A stretch of DNA of 64,000 nt from Betaproteobacteria bacterium HGW-Betaproteobacteria-14. GTDB taxonomy: Bacteria; Pseudomonadota; Gammaproteobacteria; Burkholderiales; Rhodocyclaceae. This document shows positions 52,081-61,144 of this stretch, piece by piece. How positions within the stretch are numbered: the first letter of the stretch is position 1; every line of letters begins with the position of its first letter. Under the pieces are notes generated by a model. It saw only the letters and a program-made list of their open reading frames with translations, searched no databases and had not been told where the DNA came from. Location of the stretch: positions 21,760 to 85,759 of the forward strand of contig PHCS01000024.1 of assembly GCA_002840845.1 (NCBI GenBank), given 5' to 3'. The position numbers and the translations under genes were made by a program.

Positions 52081-53720
52081 TGATCTGCTTTGCGTGACCG
52101 AGCGAGCACGATGCGGTTGCGCCCCTGCCGCTTGGCTTCGAGCAGGGCTTCGTCGGCGGCGTGCGTGAGGTCATTGCCCGTGCCCCATTGAGGAAAGCTG
52201 GCCAAGCCGGCGCTGAAGGTGGCGCGCAGGGTGCCGCCGGCGTGGGCATGCGGCAGCGTGGCGAAGTCGGCGCGAATGGTATCGAGCACGGATTCGGCTT
52301 CCCTGAGGCCGGCGCTGCGCAGGGCGACGATGAATTCCTCGCCGCCATAACGCCCGATGATGTCCGAGGCGCGCAGCCGGCCCTTCAGCAGCCAGGCCAG
52401 GCTGCGGATGACCTGATCGCCGACCGGGTGGCCGTAAGTGTCATTGACCGACTTGAAGTGGTCGATGTCGAGCATCGCCACGCAGAGCGGTTCGGGCGCG
52501 CCCTGCAGGGATTGCACCAGCTGATTCAGGCGGCCCTTGGCCGCGGAATGATTGAGCAGGCCGGTCAGGCTGTCGTGCTGGCTGTGCCGCTGCATCTCGC
52601 GATAGCGCTCGATCTTGGTCTTGACCACGGCGGCCAGCAGCACCGGGTTGCAGGGCTTGGTGAGGAACTGGTCGCCGCCCAGACGCAGCGCCTCGACCTG
52701 CATGCCCATGTCGGTTTCGCTGGAGAGATAGACCACCGGCAGGGATTGGTAGTCGGTCAGCTGGCGCAGCACGCGGGTGGCTTCCACACCGGTGCAATGC
52801 GGCATGTACATGTCCATCAGCACCAGGTCGGGACGGTATTGCTCGACGGCCGAGAGCAGCAGTTGCGGGTTGTCGATCGGGTGGCTGTCGATGCCGTGCT
52901 GCGACAGCGAGCGCTGGATCATGGCGACGGCCGTGGGTGAATCTTCCACCACGAGGACGCGATAGGGATCCTGCTCGCGGGTTTGCAACAGATCGAGCAG
53001 GCGGCCGAGCACGGTAACGGTTTCCTGCTCGGCCTGGATGGTGACGTCGGCGCCGGCGCGCAGGAGCGCGACGGTGACTTCCAGCGACTTGGGCACCGCG
53101 AGGCAGAACAGCTGGCTGGTCGGGTGTTCGCTGCGCAGGCGTTCGATGGATTGGAGCGCGGCAGCGGCATAGCCGTCAGCCGGAGGGATGCAGAGGGCAA
53201 CGAGCGGGGACGCGGCATCGGGCGCCGGGTCGCTCCAGCCGAAGCGGAAGACACGAAACCCGAAGAAACCCAATTGCTCGACAAGGCCGGGCACCCAGGC
53301 GTGGCGTTCTCCTGCAATCAACCAGATGGAACGCGGTTTCGCCCATTCCGCCTCGGCATGCGATGACGATGCAGTACGGCGGCGTTGATCTTCCTCGGCG
53401 CCGGCCGAGGCGGCCTGTGCAGTCTCGATCGTATGGAGGAGCGCGTCGACCTGGTGCTCGAGGGCGGCCGCATCGCGGGCGCTGACCGGATGCGAGGATT
53501 CGTCGCCGAACAGGGCGAGGGCGGCGTTTTCCAAGCCTTCGCACTGGCGCAACAGCCCGGGCAGCTTGAGACGGTTCAGGTGCTCCGTCAGGTTGTCCAG
53601 CGCCAGGGTGAACTCGACGAAATGCTCGAAGTTGCCCTGATCCCGGTATTCCTGCCAGCGTGCCTTGAGTGAGCGCAGGCAGGTATCGAGGGAGCGGAGT
53701 TCGGGCGACTGGAGAACCAT
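52077..53720 (-). CDS. Response-regulator diguanylate cyclase: HPt-like N-terminus, degenerate receiver, REC, GGDEF
   Basis: 547 aa. REC (RVLVVEDSPTAVAMIQ...DLVLMDMYMP...LTKP). GGDEF (DSLTGLLNH...RYGGEEFIVAL) with the I-site RASD five residues upstream of GGEEF. Confidence 0.85.
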   Translation of the reverse strand: MVLQSPELRSLDTCLRSLKARWQEYRDQGNFEHFVEFTLALDNLTEHLNRLKLPGLLRQCEGLENAALALFGDESSHPVSARDAAALEHQVDALLHTIETAQAASAGAEEDQRRRTASSSHAEAEWAKPRSIWLIAGERHAWVPGLVEQLGFFGFRVFRFGWSDPAPDAASPLVALCIPPADGYAAAALQSIERLRSEHPTSQLFCLAVPKSLEVTVALLRAGADVTIQAEQETVTVLGRLLDLLQTREQDPYRVLVVEDSPTAVAMIQRSLSQHGIDSHPIDNPQLLLSAVEQYRPDLVLMDMYMPHCTGVEATRVLRQLTDYQSLPVVYLSSETDMGMQVEALRLGGDQFLTKPCNPVLLAAVVKTKIERYREMQRHSQHDSLTGLLNHSAAKGRLNQLVQSLQGAPEPLCVAMLDIDHFKSVNDTYGHPVGDQVIRSLAWLLKGRLRASDIIGRYGGEEFIVALRSAGLREAESVLDTIRADFATLPHAHAGGTLRATFSAGLASFPQWGTGNDLTHAADEALLEAKRQGRNRIVLARSRKADQ

Positions 53721-53841
53721 GGCGTTGTTTTTCTTGGGAGAGGCGGAATTATGGAGAATGCCGCAGGCGCGGGCAACGTCAATTTCAAGCGATCATTAAA
53801 TTTGAAGCCTCGCGCCCGGGCTTAGGTTTTAAAATACGCCC

Positions 53842-56800
53842 ATGCCGCCCCCCGCCTTTGTCCACCTGCGCCTGCACAGCGAGTACTCCATCGTCGACGG
53901 CATGGTCAGGCTGGGCGACGCCGTGGCCAAGGCAGCCGGAGACGGCATGCCGGCGCTGGCGCTGACCGACCTGGCCAACCTCTTCGGCATGGTCAAGTTC
54001 TACAGCAGCGCGCGCAGCCGGGGCATCAAGCCCATCGTCGGCTGCGACGCCTGGGTCGCACCTGCTGCGGGCGCCATCGCAGAGAGCGACCGCGACCGGC
54101 CCACCCGCCTGCTCCTGCTGGCGAAGAATCACGGCGGCTATCTGCGTCTGTGCGAATTGCTGACGCAGGCCTGCCTGGGGCCGCGCCAGCGCGGCCGGGC
54201 CGAGATTTCGCGCGCGGCTTTCGCCGGCGGCGACAACTCCGGCCTGATCGCGTTGTCCGGCGCCGCGCTCGGCGATGTCGGCCAGAGCCTGCTGATGGGC
54301 AGCAGCGCGCCAGCCGAAGCCGCGGCGCGCGAATGGGCCCGGCTTTTCCCGGACAGTTACTACATCGAGATTCAGCGTTATGGCCAGCCGCAGGCCGAAC
54401 CGCTCGTTGCTGCGAGCGTGGCGCTGGCGGCGCGCCTGAACCTGCCGGTGGTGGCGACCCATCCCGTGCAGTTTCTCGAGCGCGACGACTTCAAGGCGCA
54501 CGAGGCGCGGGTGTGCATTGCCGAAGGCTATGCGCTGGCAGACCCGCGCCGGCCGCGCGTGTTCACCGAGGAGCAGTATTTCAAGTCGCAGGCGGAAATG
54601 CAGGCGCTCTTCGCTGATCTGCCTGAGGCGCTGGAGAACGCCGTGGAGATTGCCCGCCGCTGCAATCTTTCCGTCGAACTGGGCAATAACAAACTGCCGC
54701 AGTTCCCCACGCCCGAGGGCGTTTCCCTGGACGACTACCTGACGCAGCAGGCGGAACAGGGCCTGGAGCGACGCCTGGCCCAGCTCTATCCGGATGCCGC
54801 CGAACGCGAGACGCGGCGGCCGGAATACGCCGACCGCCTCATCTTCGAATGCAAGACCATCCAGCAGATGGGCTTTCCCGGTTATTTCCTCATCGTTGCC
54901 GACTTCATCAACTGGGCGAAGCAGAACGGCGTGCCGGTCGGGCCCGGCCGCGGCTCGGGCGCCGGCTCGCTCGTGGCCTACTCGCTGGGCATCACCGACC
55001 TCGACCCGCTGCGCTACGGACTGCTGTTCGAGCGCTTCCTCAACCCGGAACGCGTGTCGATGCCCGACTTCGACGTGGACTTCTGCCAGGAGGGCCGCGA
55101 CCGCGTCATCGACTACGTCAAGCGCAGCTACGGCAGCCATGCCGTTTCGCAGATCGCCACCTTCGGCACCATGGCGGCCAAGGCGGTGATCCGCGACGTC
55201 GGCCGCGTGCTCAACCTGGGCTTCAACTTCGTCGACCAGTTCGCCAAGCTGATTCCCAACGAGCTGGGCATCACGCTGAAGGACGCGCGCGAGAAGGAGC
55301 CGGCCATCAACGAGCGCGCCGGGCGCGAAGAGGAAATCCGCGAACTGCTGGAACTCGCGGAGCGGCTGGAGGGACTGACGCGCAATGTCGGCATGCATGC
55401 CGGCGGCGTGCTCATCGCGCCGGGCAAGCTGACCGACTTCTGCCCGCTCTACTCGGCGGGCGGCGCGGAGACCGCGGTGAGCCAGTTCGACAAGGACGAT
55501 GTCGAGAAGGCCGGCCTGGTGAAGTTCGACTTCCTCGGCCTGCGCACCCTGACCATCCTCGCCGAGGCGGTGCGCTTCGTGAAGGACGTCGAGGGCATCG
55601 AAGTGGACCTCGACCGCCTGCCGCTCGACGACAAGCCGACCTACGACCGAATCTTCAAGACGGCCAACACGACGGCGGTATTCCAGTTCGAATCGCGCGG
55701 CATGAAGGAAACGCTGCTGCAGGCGAAGCCCGACCGGCTGGAGGATCTCATTGCCCTGAACGCGCTCTACCGGCCGGGGCCGATGGATTTCATCCCGAAC
55801 TTCATCGCCCGCAAGCACGGCCGCGAACGCATCGTCTACCCGCACCCGCTGCTGGAAAAAGTGGTGGGCAACACCTACGGCATCATGGTGTACCAGGAGC
55901 AGGTGATGCAGGCGGCGCAGGTGGTGGCCGGCTACTCGCTCGGCGGCGCCGATCTCCTGCGCCGCGCCATGGGCAAGAAGAAGGCGGAGGAGATGGCCAA
56001 GCAGCGCGAGAGCTTCGTCGCCGGCGCGGAAAAGAACGGCATCGGCGCGGACAAGGCCAACGAGATCTTCGACACCATGGAGAAGTTCGCCGGCTACGGC
56101 TTCAACAAGTCGCACGCCGCCGCCTATTCCCTGGTTGCCTACCAGACGGCGTACCTCAAGTGCCACCATCCGGCGGCCTTCCTGGCGGCGACGCTGTCTT
56201 CGGAAATGGCCGATACCGACAAGGTGCAGTTCTTCGTCGCCGACGCCGTGTCCTGCGGGCTGACTTTCCTGCCGCCCGACATCAATCGCAGCCGACACCG
56301 CTTCACGCCGGTGGATGCGAAGACCATCCGTTATGGCCTGGGCGCCATCAAGGGCACCGGCGAATCGGCCATCGGGGCGATACAGCGGGCGCGTGAAGGC
56401 GCGGATGGAAAAGCGGGCGGCGATTTCACGGACCTCTTCGACTTCTGCCGGCGCATCGACAAGCGCGTGGTGAACCGCCGCGTCATCGAGGCGCTGGTGC
56501 GCGCCGGTGCCTTCGATTCCATCGACGACCAGCGCGCCCGCCTCATGGCCTCGGTCGGCATTGCGCTCGAGGCGGCGGAACAGGCCGAGCGAGACGCCCT
56601 GCAGGTCGGGCTCTTCGATGCCGGCGGCGGGGCGGAACAGCGGGTGCAGATGATCGAAGTGCCGCCCTGGAGCGAGCGCGAGCGGCTGCTCAACGAGAAG
56701 CAGGCGCTGGGATTCTTCCTTTCCGGACACCCCTACAACGAGGTCCGCGACGAGCTGTCGGCCTTCGTGCGGCGCCCGCTGTCCGCGCTCGAGCCGCAGA

Positions 56801-57312
56801 AGGAGACGGTGCTGCTGGCCGGCATCGTCACCGCCACGCGCACGCAAATGACCCGCCGCGGCAAGATGATCGTCGTCACGCTGGACGACGGCACGGGGCA
56901 GGTCGAGATGACCGTGTTCAACGAGCTGTTCGAGGCCGAGCGCGACAAGATCCGCGTAGACGATCCGCTGATCGTCGAGGGCAAGGTGAGCCGGGACGAT
57001 TTCAACGGCGGCCTGCGCGTGGTGGCGGACAGGCTGATGACCCTGACGGAGGCGCGCGGACGCTATGCCAAGGTGCTGCGCGTGGCGTTGAACGGGAAAG
57101 TCAGCCGCGACAATGCGGCGGCGGAGAAGCTGCGCACCCTGCTGGCGCCCTATCGCAACGGCCCCTGTCCGGTGCGCGTGCGCTACCGCAATGCGCAGGC
57201 CGAGTGCGAACTGCCGCTGGGGGACACATGGAGGGTGCGGCTCGACGATGAACTGCTGGCCGGTCTGCAGCAGTGGCTGGAGGCGGAGAACGTCGAGGTG
57301 GTTTACCAGTAG
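53842..57312 (+). CDS. dnaE: DNA polymerase III alpha subunit
   Basis: 1156 aa. PHP domain FVHLRLHSEYSIVDG, polymerase core (GRGSGAGSLVAYSLGITDLDPL, MPDFDVDF), OB-fold C-terminus. Confidence 0.95.
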   Translation: MPPPAFVHLRLHSEYSIVDGMVRLGDAVAKAAGDGMPALALTDLANLFGMVKFYSSARSRGIKPIVGCDAWVAPAAGAIAESDRDRPTRLLLLAKNHGGYLRLCELLTQACLGPRQRGRAEISRAAFAGGDNSGLIALSGAALGDVGQSLLMGSSAPAEAAAREWARLFPDSYYIEIQRYGQPQAEPLVAASVALAARLNLPVVATHPVQFLERDDFKAHEARVCIAEGYALADPRRPRVFTEEQYFKSQAEMQALFADLPEALENAVEIARRCNLSVELGNNKLPQFPTPEGVSLDDYLTQQAEQGLERRLAQLYPDAAERETRRPEYADRLIFECKTIQQMGFPGYFLIVADFINWAKQNGVPVGPGRGSGAGSLVAYSLGITDLDPLRYGLLFERFLNPERVSMPDFDVDFCQEGRDRVIDYVKRSYGSHAVSQIATFGTMAAKAVIRDVGRVLNLGFNFVDQFAKLIPNELGITLKDAREKEPAINERAGREEEIRELLELAERLEGLTRNVGMHAGGVLIAPGKLTDFCPLYSAGGAETAVSQFDKDDVEKAGLVKFDFLGLRTLTILAEAVRFVKDVEGIEVDLDRLPLDDKPTYDRIFKTANTTAVFQFESRGMKETLLQAKPDRLEDLIALNALYRPGPMDFIPNFIARKHGRERIVYPHPLLEKVVGNTYGIMVYQEQVMQAAQVVAGYSLGGADLLRRAMGKKKAEEMAKQRESFVAGAEKNGIGADKANEIFDTMEKFAGYGFNKSHAAAYSLVAYQTAYLKCHHPAAFLAATLSSEMADTDKVQFFVADAVSCGLTFLPPDINRSRHRFTPVDAKTIRYGLGAIKGTGESAIGAIQRAREGADGKAGGDFTDLFDFCRRIDKRVVNRRVIEALVRAGAFDSIDDQRARLMASVGIALEAAEQAERDALQVGLFDAGGGAEQRVQMIEVPPWSERERLLNEKQALGFFLSGHPYNEVRDELSAFVRRPLSALEPQKETVLLAGIVTATRTQMTRRGKMIVVTLDDGTGQVEMTVFNELFEAERDKIRVDDPLIVEGKVSRDDFNGGLRVVADRLMTLTEARGRYAKVLRVALNGKVSRDNAAAEKLRTLLAPYRNGPCPVRVRYRNAQAECELPLGDTWRVRLDDELLAGLQQWLEAENVEVVYQ

Positions 57313-57387
57313 GTCGGGCTTCAGCCCGACGACCGAAGGAAGTCCCTGTGGGACATGGCGGCATGAGTCGGCCTGAAGGCCGACTAC
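57309..57387. repeat. BIME-like pair of inverted REP hairpins (gtaggtcgggcttcagcccgac ... gtcggcctgaaggccgactac)
   Basis: Same family as 42306-42372. It lies in the convergent dnaE / DUF3501 spacer. The internal spacer contains ctgtgggac. Confidence 0.7.
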
Positions 57388-57965
57388 GCTAGGTCTGTCA
57401 CAAGCGACGCCCGCACCGCCTCCGGCACGACGACGGCTTCGCGGTAATGCGCGTGGTCGATGCCCGCATGCAGCGCTGCGCCGCCCTTGGCCGCGGCGAT
57501 CATCTGCGGCGTCAGCTCGAAGCGCAGGAAATGCACTGCGGAAGTCTTGTCCTCGGTTTCGCGGTCGAGGTCCTCGTTGGCGATGGGGAATACCTTGTCG
57601 CAGCCTTCCACCTGCAGCCACACCTTCTTCTCGATGCCGACCAGCTTGGCCAGCATGCGGCGGCGCTCCTCGACATCGCCGTATTCGACCATGAAGGTGG
57701 CCTTCCAGTTGTGGCCGTCGGGGATGAGCGGGTTGTAGACGTCCAGTTCCTCCTGGATCGGTTCCGGCTCGAACATGCGCTCGAGGCGCAGCATTTCCTG
57801 CACCTGGTACTGCATGGTCAGCGCATCCTCGAAATACAGGGTGGCGTGCCCGCCGATGGGCAGCTGGCGGTTCTTCTTGTGCGCGATCACCTTGGCGCGG
57901 AACTCGGGCCGCACGCGGGCATATTTCTCGAGGCTGAAGAGGTCTTCGTGACGCAACATGATCAA
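57384..57965 (-). CDS. DUF3501 family protein
   Basis: 193 aa. LFSLEKYARVRPEFRAKVIAHKKNRQLPIGGHATLYFEDALTMQYQVQEML... The usual partner of rubrerythrin and HdrD-like Fe-S proteins. Confidence 0.75.
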   Translation of the reverse strand: MIMLRHEDLFSLEKYARVRPEFRAKVIAHKKNRQLPIGGHATLYFEDALTMQYQVQEMLRLERMFEPEPIQEELDVYNPLIPDGHNWKATFMVEYGDVEERRRMLAKLVGIEKKVWLQVEGCDKVFPIANEDLDRETEDKTSAVHFLRFELTPQMIAAAKGGAALHAGIDHAHYREAVVVPEAVRASLVTDLA

Positions 57966-59293
57966 ACTCCGTAGGCTTTTCTCAACAGGGTGATGGGGTG
58001 CTCGGGCGAGGTACCGTCGGCGCGGACATGGCCGATGTGGTGTCCCGCCATGGCGCAGTCGCTGCCGTAATGGTCGGGTTGGGCCTGGTTGACGCGGTTC
58101 ACCACCGGCTTGACGATTTTCACGGCGAATTCGTGGAACTCCTGCTTCACGGCGTAGGTGCCGTCGTGGCCGGAGCAGCGCTCGATGATGTCCACCGTGG
58201 TGTCCGGCACCAGCGACAGGGCTTCCCTGGTCTTCGGGCCGATGTTCTGCACGCGCTGATGGCAGGCGGCATGGTAGGCCACCTTGCCGAGCGGCTGCTT
58301 GAAGTCGGTCTTCAGCTTGCCTGCCTTGTGGCGCAGCATGAGGTATTCGAAGGGGTCATAGAAGGCGTTCTTTACCTTCTGCACGTCCGCGTCGTCCGGG
58401 AACATCAGCGGCAGTTCCTGCTTGAACATCAGCACGCAGGAGGGCACGAGGGCGACGAGATCCCAGCCGGCGTCGACCAGCTTCGCCAGCACCGGAATGT
58501 TGGCCTCCTTGGCAGCGCGCACGGATTCGAGGTCGCCCAGTTCCAATTTGGGCATGCCGCAGCAGCGTTCCTTCTCGGCCAGTGTGACCGGGATGCCGTT
58601 GTGGGCGAACACGGCGGCAAAGTCTTCGCCGGGGCCGGGCTCGTTGCGGTTCATGAAGCAGGTGGCGAAAAGGGCCACCTTGCCCTGCGTCGGGCCGGCG
58701 GCTTCGCCTGGCGCATCGAGGGGCAGCTTGTCCAGGCGGCTGCGCAGCGGACGGCTGGAGAATTCGGGCAGCCAGGCCTCGGCATGGATGCCGGCGACGG
58801 CCTGCAACGCCTTGCGTGCGGGCCCGATCTTGTTGACGGCGTTCACCGCCTGGGCGACGACGGGGATGCCGGCGATCTTGCCGACGGCGTCGGTGCTGGT
58901 GAGCACCTTGTCGCGCAGCTTGGTGGTGCCCTTTTTGAAGTGCACGGCTTTGGCGCGCAGCATGAGGTGCGGGAAATCCACGTTCCACTCGTGCGGCGGC
59001 ACATAGGGGCACTTGGTCATGTAGCAGAGGTCGCACAGGTAGCAGTGATCCGCCACCTTCCAGTAATCGTCCTTCTTGACGCCGTCCACTTCCAGCGTGG
59101 GCGATTCGTCCACCAGGTCGAACAGGGTCGGGAAGGCCTGGCACAGACTGACGCAGCGCCGGCAACCGTGGCAGATGTCGAAGACGCGCTCCATTTCGTG
59201 GAACAGCGCGGCCTCGTCATAGAAAGCCGAATTGTTCCAGTCGAGCGGATGACGGGTGGGGGCTTCGAGATTGCCTTCGCGGGGTGCGGCCAT
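57962..59293 (-). CDS. Heterodisulfide-reductase-related (HdrD/GlpC-like) Fe-S protein with CCG domains
   Basis: 443 aa. Two 4Fe-4S ferredoxin motifs (CHGCRRCVSLCQAFP, CYLCDLCYMTKCPY) and Cys-rich CCG repeats (CCGMP...). Confidence 0.8.
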   Translation of the reverse strand: MAAPREGNLEAPTRHPLDWNNSAFYDEAALFHEMERVFDICHGCRRCVSLCQAFPTLFDLVDESPTLEVDGVKKDDYWKVADHCYLCDLCYMTKCPYVPPHEWNVDFPHLMLRAKAVHFKKGTTKLRDKVLTSTDAVGKIAGIPVVAQAVNAVNKIGPARKALQAVAGIHAEAWLPEFSSRPLRSRLDKLPLDAPGEAAGPTQGKVALFATCFMNRNEPGPGEDFAAVFAHNGIPVTLAEKERCCGMPKLELGDLESVRAAKEANIPVLAKLVDAGWDLVALVPSCVLMFKQELPLMFPDDADVQKVKNAFYDPFEYLMLRHKAGKLKTDFKQPLGKVAYHAACHQRVQNIGPKTREALSLVPDTTVDIIERCSGHDGTYAVKQEFHEFAVKIVKPVVNRVNQAQPDHYGSDCAMAGHHIGHVRADGTSPEHPITLLRKAYGV

Positions 59294-59375
59294 GCGGACT
59301 ACCCTTCCTCTCTGGGTGATGTGCGAGGGGACCCGGACGCCCCGCAGGACGGCCGGGCAGGATGCTCAGGATGCC

Positions 59376-59798
59376 TTAGGCGTTGAGCTCGGTCAGCGCC
59401 TTCTGGAAACGGTTGGCGTGCGAACGCTCGGCCTTGGCCAGGGTCTCGAACCAGTCTGCGATCTCGTCGAAGCCTTCCGCCCGCGCATCCTTGGCCATGC
59501 CCGGGTACATGTCGGTGTACTCGTGGGTTTCGCCAGCGACGGCGGATTTCAGGTTGTCGGCGGTGGGGCCGATCGGCAGGCCGGTGGCCGGGTCGCCGAC
59601 CTGTTCGAGGTACTCGAGGTGGCCGTGGGCGTGGCCGGTCTCGCCTTCCGCTGTGGAGCGGAACAGGGCGGAGACGTCGTTGTAGCCCTCGACGTCGGCC
59701 TTGGCTGCGAAATAGAGATAGCGGCGGTTGGCCTGGGATTCGCCGGCGAAGGCGTCCTTCAGGTGCTGTTCGGTCTTGCTTCCTTTAAGTTGTTTCAT
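59376..59798 (-). CDS. Rubrerythrin-family diiron protein (no rubredoxin domain)
   Basis: Start at [27 protein letters not shown]. Paired ExxH diiron ligands ([29 protein letters not shown]). Confidence 0.85.
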   Translation of the reverse strand: MKQLKGSKTEQHLKDAFAGESQANRRYLYFAAKADVEGYNDVSALFRSTAEGETGHAHGHLEYLEQVGDPATGLPIGPTADNLKSAVAGETHEYTDMYPGMAKDARAEGFDEIADWFETLAKAERSHANRFQKALTELNA

Positions 59799-59913
59799 GG
59801 TCTGGCTCCTCACGTGGGTTGCAATATATGACAAGACAAGTGCCCGATCCTGGGGTTGGGGTACTTCATGGCCTTGGCATGTAAACGATATGCCCAATTG
59901 AAGCAAAAAGGAA

Positions 59914-59950
59914 ATTGTAAATATTAACCAATACGATAGTTACTGACTAT
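59914..59950. promoter_or_regulatory. Candidate OxyR-type operator upstream of the rubrerythrin operon
   Basis: ATAGttactgaCTAT at 59936-59950 fits the ATAG-N7-CTAT half-site. A weak second half (ATTG-N7-TAAC) lies 7 nt away. The site overlaps the oxyR stop codon. Confidence 0.25.
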
Positions 59951-60870
59951 TTAGCGGCCACGGCGCGCGTGCCGGGCAGCTTGCTGTCGAGCAGGGCGCG
60001 TTGCACCACTTCTATGGCCTGGTGACGCGGATAACTGGAACGCCACACCAGTCCGACGCGGCGGGACGGGCAGGGTTCCCTGAACGGCAGCACGCGCAGG
60101 AGGGGATCCCTGGGCCGAATGTCGTCCACCGCCGAGGCGGGCATGACCGTGACGCCGACGCCGCTGGCGACCATGTGGCGGATCGTCTCCAGCGAGCTGC
60201 CCTCGATGACATGCGGCGAGATGCCGGACTGGCTGCTGGCAGTCGCGCAGAGGTCCATCACCTGGTCGCGGAAACAGTTGCCGGGCCCGAGCATGAGCAG
60301 CTGCGCATCCGGAAGGACGGTGGCCTCGATGGCCTTTTGCGTCGCCCAGGGGTGGCCGGACGGCGCCAGCACGCGAAACTGCTCGTCATAGACCGCCTGC
60401 GCCACCAGCCAGGGCTCCTCCACCGGCAGGGCGACGATGGCCACATCGAGCTCATTGTTCTTCAGTTTCTCGACGAGCCGGTGCGTGTAGTTTTCCTCGA
60501 GGATCAGCGGCATGGCCGGCGCGCGTTTTTTCACCAGCGGCACCAGGCGCGGCAGCAGCCAGGGCGCGATGGTGAAGATCACGCCCACGCGCAAGGGGCC
60601 CACCAGCGGGCCCTTGTCGGCGGCGGCGATCTCGGCCACTTGCGCCGCCTCGGCCAGCACCCGCTCGGCCTGGGCGACGATGCGCTGGCCGACAGGGGTG
60701 ACGCGCACTTCCTGCGGCGAGCGCTCGAAGAGGATCACGCCGAGCTGCTCCTCGAGCTTCTTCACTGCCACCGACAGCGTCGGCTGGGAAACGAAGCATT
60801 TTTCGGCGGCGCGGCCGAAATGGCGCTCGCGGGCGAGGGCGACGATGTAGCGCAGGTCAGTGAGGGTCAT
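59947..60870 (-). CDS. oxyR: Hydrogen-peroxide-inducible LysR-type regulator OxyR
   Basis: 307 aa. N-terminal [42 protein letters not shown]. Redox cysteine pair in [14 protein letters not shown] (C-X8-C, as C199/C208 in E. coli OxyR). Confidence 0.85.
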   Translation of the reverse strand: MTLTDLRYIVALARERHFGRAAEKCFVSQPTLSVAVKKLEEQLGVILFERSPQEVRVTPVGQRIVAQAERVLAEAAQVAEIAAADKGPLVGPLRVGVIFTIAPWLLPRLVPLVKKRAPAMPLILEENYTHRLVEKLKNNELDVAIVALPVEEPWLVAQAVYDEQFRVLAPSGHPWATQKAIEATVLPDAQLLMLGPGNCFRDQVMDLCATASSQSGISPHVIEGSSLETIRHMVASGVGVTVMPASAVDDIRPRDPLLRVLPFREPCPSRRVGLVWRSSYPRHQAIEVVQRALLDSKLPGTRAVAAK

Positions 60871-61139
60871 TCGGTTGGAAGTTGTTCGAAGTTGGAGAAT
60901 TCCCCGCCACCGAGTTCGACCACCACGCGGCTGACATGCGCGCCGGGCGGACCCAGGCGTGCCCAGCCGATTAGGCTGGCAACCGCCTCGTCGCTGCCCT
61001 GGATCATGGCCTCCACCGTGCCGTCGCGCCGGTTGCGCACCCAGCCGGTGACGCCCAGTGCCTGCGCCTCCCAGGCCATCGAGGCGCGAAAGCCGACACC
61101 CTGCACCCGCCCCTGAATGACCAAGTGCCGGTGAGCCAT
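60867..61139 (-). CDS. acyP: Acylphosphatase
   Basis: 90 aa. [36 protein letters not shown] is the acylphosphatase signature. Confidence 0.85.
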   Translation of the reverse strand: MAHRHLVIQGRVQGVGFRASMAWEAQALGVTGWVRNRRDGTVEAMIQGSDEAVASLIGWARLGPPGAHVSRVVVELGGGEFSNFEQLPTE

Positions 61140-61144
61140 GTTTA

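Noticed and set aside
53785-57621. 1278-aa ORF on the minus strand.
   Set aside because: It is entirely antisense to dnaE, whose product has unmistakable PHP and polymerase motifs. Its translation is Arg/Ala/Gly/His-rich low-complexity sequence, typical of shadow ORFs in high-G+C DNA.
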